From contig CBDCRW010000006.1 of NCBI GenBank assembly GCA_965221125.1, positions 288,001 through 352,000 on the forward strand: a stretch of DNA of 64,000 bases. Direction: 5' to 3'. The DNA is from Alphaproteobacteria bacterium (lineage in GTDB: Bacteria > Pseudomonadota > Alphaproteobacteria > UBA828). The notes below the pieces were generated by a model. That model was not told where the DNA came from. It saw only the letters and a program-made list of their open reading frames with translations, and did no database searches. Below, piece by piece: positions 58,917-64,000 of the stretch (positions are counted from its first letter, which is position 1; each line of letters begins with the position of its first letter). Position numbers and translations under genes: made by a program.

Positions 58917-59423
58917 GTGTCATTGGAGCGGCGACGGCGGCCAAAGCTGAGTTCATTAGCAATCTTGGGAATGTTGGCGCTGGTCCTCTTGGCGTCAAGG
59001 GCGGCCGGACAGTCTGCCGACGAGAGTACCGCGCGCTTCGAACTCTTCGCGAACTGCTCGCCGATGGACCTATTCATCTCGGTATCGCCTGAGGCCGCCG
59101 AGTTTGGCCTAACGAAGCGGTCCGTCAGGGCAGCCGTCGAGAGCCGGTTGCGTTCCGCTCGTCTCTTTGAACCCGAATTTCCATTCTATCTTGCAGTGAC
59201 GATAAATGTGCTTGAAAATGCATTTTCTATTAACGTAACTTATAATAAATACCTTAGCGACCTTATTTCTGATACTTTTGGGTATGCCGCTACATGGGAA
59301 GATGGATTCATTGGAACACACACAGACGATGCGAGCTTTATTCTGGGTGGTGTATCCCAAGGTATAGATGAATTCTTATTAGAATATCCACGCGCGAACG
59401 AAGAGGCTTGTGCGTCTCGCTAA
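58917..59423 (+). CDS. Hypothetical exported protein (low GC)
   Basis: Open frame through AT-rich DNA with a hydrophobic signal-like N-terminus (ILGMLALVLLASRAAG); no recognisable motif. Confidence 0.6.
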   Translation: MSLERRRRPKLSSLAILGMLALVLLASRAAGQSADESTARFELFANCSPMDLFISVSPEAAEFGLTKRSVRAAVESRLRSARLFEPEFPFYLAVTINVLENAFSINVTYNKYLSDLISDTFGYAATWEDGFIGTHTDDASFILGGVSQGIDEFLLEYPRANEEACASR

Positions 59424-59580
59424 TCGCGCGCTGCTACCACTCCGCTCGGCTATCCCCGTAGGTGAACGACTGCACGCATAGCTGCTAACCGTGCCGGTTG
59501 TAACGCTGACCGCTACTCGTCCGCGACCATCAGGCCCGCCAGGGCGTCCGCCCACGGCGGACGTTCTCCGGGGCTGCCGC

Positions 59581-61551
<1,971 letters not shown>

Positions 61552-61754
61552 GCGGCTCTCCCTTTCCGGCCCTCGGGATCTGGCCGGCACCGGCTGGCCA
61601 CGCGGGAGGCGCAATCCGCCCCTCGGACGGCTTGGGCGCGCGCATGCGTCGCCTGCGCCCGATTCGCGTGATGTGGGGTCGGAGGCTTGCCGGATCAAGC
61701 CCCTCGGTCGCGCCGGAGTCTCTTAGAGACGGGCTATCCTGTCAAGCGCCGCGC

Positions 61755-63560
61755 TCAGTCTGGAATCTCGGCTTCGGCCCTGGCGAGGTCGTGATTGCGC
61801 CGGACGGCCTCGGTCAACTGCTCCAGCGTTTCCTCGCTCTCTTCATCGGCGAAGGCCCGCTCGGCCGCCGCCAGCTCCGCCGGCAGCTCCACCGCACGGC
61901 GCTGCATCCCCAGAAGGTGAGCCAGCTGGCTGCGGGCATCGTCGAGGCCGGCCGCCCGGTTGAGGTAGGCGGTGTTGCTGTCCAGGAGCTCGCCCACCAC
62001 GCCTTCGAGTCCTCGGTCGGCCAGGTGCGCGCGCAGGTTCGCCGCGTCCGGCTCCGGTCCCGCCTCTGCCCAGTCCACCATCGCGTCCTTTACCGTGCGG
62101 AAGCGCTGCGTCTCAAGGGGGAGGACGGCCAGGGTCTCGCGCTGCTCGATCAGCAGGTCGGGGAAGTCGAGCAGGGTCTGGAGCAGGGTGCGTTCGCGCG
62201 GCTGCGGATCGCCTTGCGGGCCGGGGCCGAGGGCTGCGCCGCGGCGTACCGGCGGCTCGGGCGCAAAGGCGGGTGGCGGGCCCCCCTGCTTCCGCCCCTG
62301 CCACGGCAGCCGCAGGCGGCGCCGAAAATCCTCCAGGTAGCGGTAGCGGAGGTCCTGGTCGGGGATCCGCTCGATCTGCTCCTGGAGCTGCCTGTTGATG
62401 CGCGCGCGGACCTCGGGCGTATCCAGCGCGCGGCCGCCCGCCGCCATCGCCCAGAGCTGGTCGGAGAGCGGGATGGCGGCAGCGACGATCTCGGCCATCG
62501 CTTTGGCGCCGCGATCCCGCACCATGGTGTCGGGGTCCTGGCCCGCCGGCAGCGTCGCGAAGCGGAGCGAGCGCTTGGCGCTCAGCTTGGGCAAGGCGCG
62601 CTCGACGGCGCGGCCTGCGGCGCGGGCGCCGGCCTCGTCGCCGTCGAAGCAGAGGACGGGGTCGTCGGCGAGCCGCCAGAGCCCGTCGAGCTGCTGCTCC
62701 GTGAGCGCGGTGCCGAGGGGCGCCACCGCCTGGGCGATTCCCGCCTGGTGCAGCGCGATCGCGTCCATGTAGCCCTCGACCGCGATCACCTGGCCGGCCT
62801 TGCGGGCGGCGGGCGCGGCGAGATGCTGGCCGTAGAGCAGGCTGCCCTTGGCGAAGAGCGGGGTCTCCGGCGAGTTCAGGTATTTGGGCTGGCCGTCGCC
62901 GAGCGCCCGGCCGCCGAAGGCGACGACGCGGCCGCGCCGGTCGCAGATGGGGAAGATCAGGCGCCCGCGGAAGCGATCGTAGGGCGGGCGCCCGTCATCC
63001 GGCGCGATGACGAGCCCGGCCTCCAGCAGCATTGCCTTCGTGACGCCGTCCTTCTCCAGCTTGGTGCGGAGCGCGGTGCGGCTGTCGGGCGCGAAACCCA
63101 GGCGGAAGGTGGCGCGGGTCGCCTCGTCCACGCCGCGGCCCTCGAGATAGCGCCGGGCCTGAGCGCCGCGCGGCCCCGCAAGCTCCGCCTCGAACCACGC
63201 GGCGGCGGCCTCCACCACCTCGAAGAGCGAGAGCCGCTGCTTCTCCCGCGCCTCCGCGCGGGGGTCGCGCGCCGGCAGCGCGAGGCCGGCATCGCCGGCC
63301 AGCCGCTCCACCGCTTCGGGGAACGAGAGGCCCTCGTCCCGCATGACGAAGCCGATCACGTCGCCGTGGGCGCCGCAGCCGAAGCAGTGGAAGAACCCCT
63401 TGTCCTCGTTCACCGTGAACGACGGGGTCTTCTCCTGGTGGAAGGGGCAGAGGCCGAGCAGCTCGCGCCCGCGGCGGGCGAGCCGCACGCGCTTGCCGAT
63501 CACGCCTTCCAGCGGCACGCGGGTGCGAATCTCGTCCAGAAATTGCGGTGGGAACGCCAT
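61755..63560 (-). CDS. dnaG: DNA primase
   Basis: CPFH.EKTPSF, HCFGC, DRFRGRLIFPI, KYLNSPET, EGYMD, FDGDEAG, DPD. Confidence 0.98.
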   Translation of the reverse strand: MAFPPQFLDEIRTRVPLEGVIGKRVRLARRGRELLGLCPFHQEKTPSFTVNEDKGFFHCFGCGAHGDVIGFVMRDEGLSFPEAVERLAGDAGLALPARDPRAEAREKQRLSLFEVVEAAAAWFEAELAGPRGAQARRYLEGRGVDEATRATFRLGFAPDSRTALRTKLEKDGVTKAMLLEAGLVIAPDDGRPPYDRFRGRLIFPICDRRGRVVAFGGRALGDGQPKYLNSPETPLFAKGSLLYGQHLAAPAARKAGQVIAVEGYMDAIALHQAGIAQAVAPLGTALTEQQLDGLWRLADDPVLCFDGDEAGARAAGRAVERALPKLSAKRSLRFATLPAGQDPDTMVRDRGAKAMAEIVAAAIPLSDQLWAMAAGGRALDTPEVRARINRQLQEQIERIPDQDLRYRYLEDFRRRLRLPWQGRKQGGPPPAFAPEPPVRRGAALGPGPQGDPQPRERTLLQTLLDFPDLLIEQRETLAVLPLETQRFRTVKDAMVDWAEAGPEPDAANLRAHLADRGLEGVVGELLDSNTAYLNRAAGLDDARSQLAHLLGMQRRAVELPAELAAAERAFADEESEETLEQLTEAVRRNHDLARAEAEIPD

Positions 63561-63682
63561 CCCCTCACGCCTGGCTGCGCGGCCATCATGGCCCGGCCCT
63601 TGGCCGTTGCCTAGCCCTTGTGCCGCCGGCCGGGCGGCTCACCCCGCGGGGCGGCGGGTCTCTCCCAGCGGGCCGCGGTGGA

Positions 63683-64000
63683 TCAGCTCGGCGCGAGCAT
63701 CTCCTTGACCACGCCGCTCGCCTTGGCGAAGTCCATGCGGCCCGGATACTGCTGTTTCAGGCGCGCCATCGTGCGGCCCATGTCCTTGATCGTGCACGCA
63801 TCGAGGTCGTCCATGACGCCGCGCACGGCGGAGATCAGATCGTCGCCCTCGATCGCCGGCGGCAGAAAGCTCTCGATGACCGCGATCTCCTCGGCCTCGC
63901 GCTCCGCAAGGTCGATGCGGCCGCCGCGCTCGTACTGCTCGATGCTCTCCCGCCGCTGGCGGATCATCGTCTGCAGCAGGGCCAGGATCTGGCCGTCGGC
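63683..64000 (-). CDS. yqeY: GatB/YqeY domain protein, truncated by window edge
   Basis: MIRQRRESIEQY..GGR.DLA..E..EI..I..FLP, KDMG; usual position upstream of dnaG. Confidence 0.9.
   Translation of the reverse strand, partial: ADGQILALLQTMIRQRRESIEQYERGGRIDLAEREAEEIAVIESFLPPAIEGDDLISAVRGVMDDLDACTIKDMGRTMARLKQQYPGRMDFAKASGVVKEMLAPS

Noticed and set aside
59545-59563. Hairpin after rpoD as an intrinsic terminator
   Set aside because: 8-bp stem without a U-tract on the rpoD strand; cannot be supported.

Overview
High-GC window that looks alphaproteobacterial (yqeY-dnaG-rpoD order, AapJ-type binding protein, GTTC-N7-GTTC LexA box). Bases ~1-44,000 are a dense catabolic region with no recognisable transcription-factor gene. 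It contains an orphan toluene-monooxygenase-type beta subunit heading a beta-oxidation operon. It also has an 11-kb operon of amidase, SdhA-like flavoprotein, mini 2Fe-2S protein, hydantoinase A and B, a VOC enzyme and twin amidohydrolases. A polyamine-type ABC system is split by a low-GC HNH gene, which is itself cleanly interrupted by an IS1380 (CTAG duplication). A sugar-type ABC operon carries one hydantoinase A and two atypical hydantoinase B subunits. A D-amino-acid dehydrogenase is divergent from an HmfH-like GMC oxidase, an (R)-amine-transaminase-like enzyme and a GroES-less GroEL paralog. A ~148-bp multi-hairpin repeat with compensatory base changes occurs three times (plus fragments), always abutting TAG stop codons. 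Bases ~44,000-64,000 are more housekeeping: mlaC, a LexA-boxed radical SAM-rnhB cluster, a second polyamine ABC, usp, allE, GS-like and isochorismatase genes, tRNA-Asn with a relic att-like islet, rpoD, dnaG and yqeY. All calls come from reading motifs by eye; no database searches were run, and several start codons were re-chosen from RBS position.
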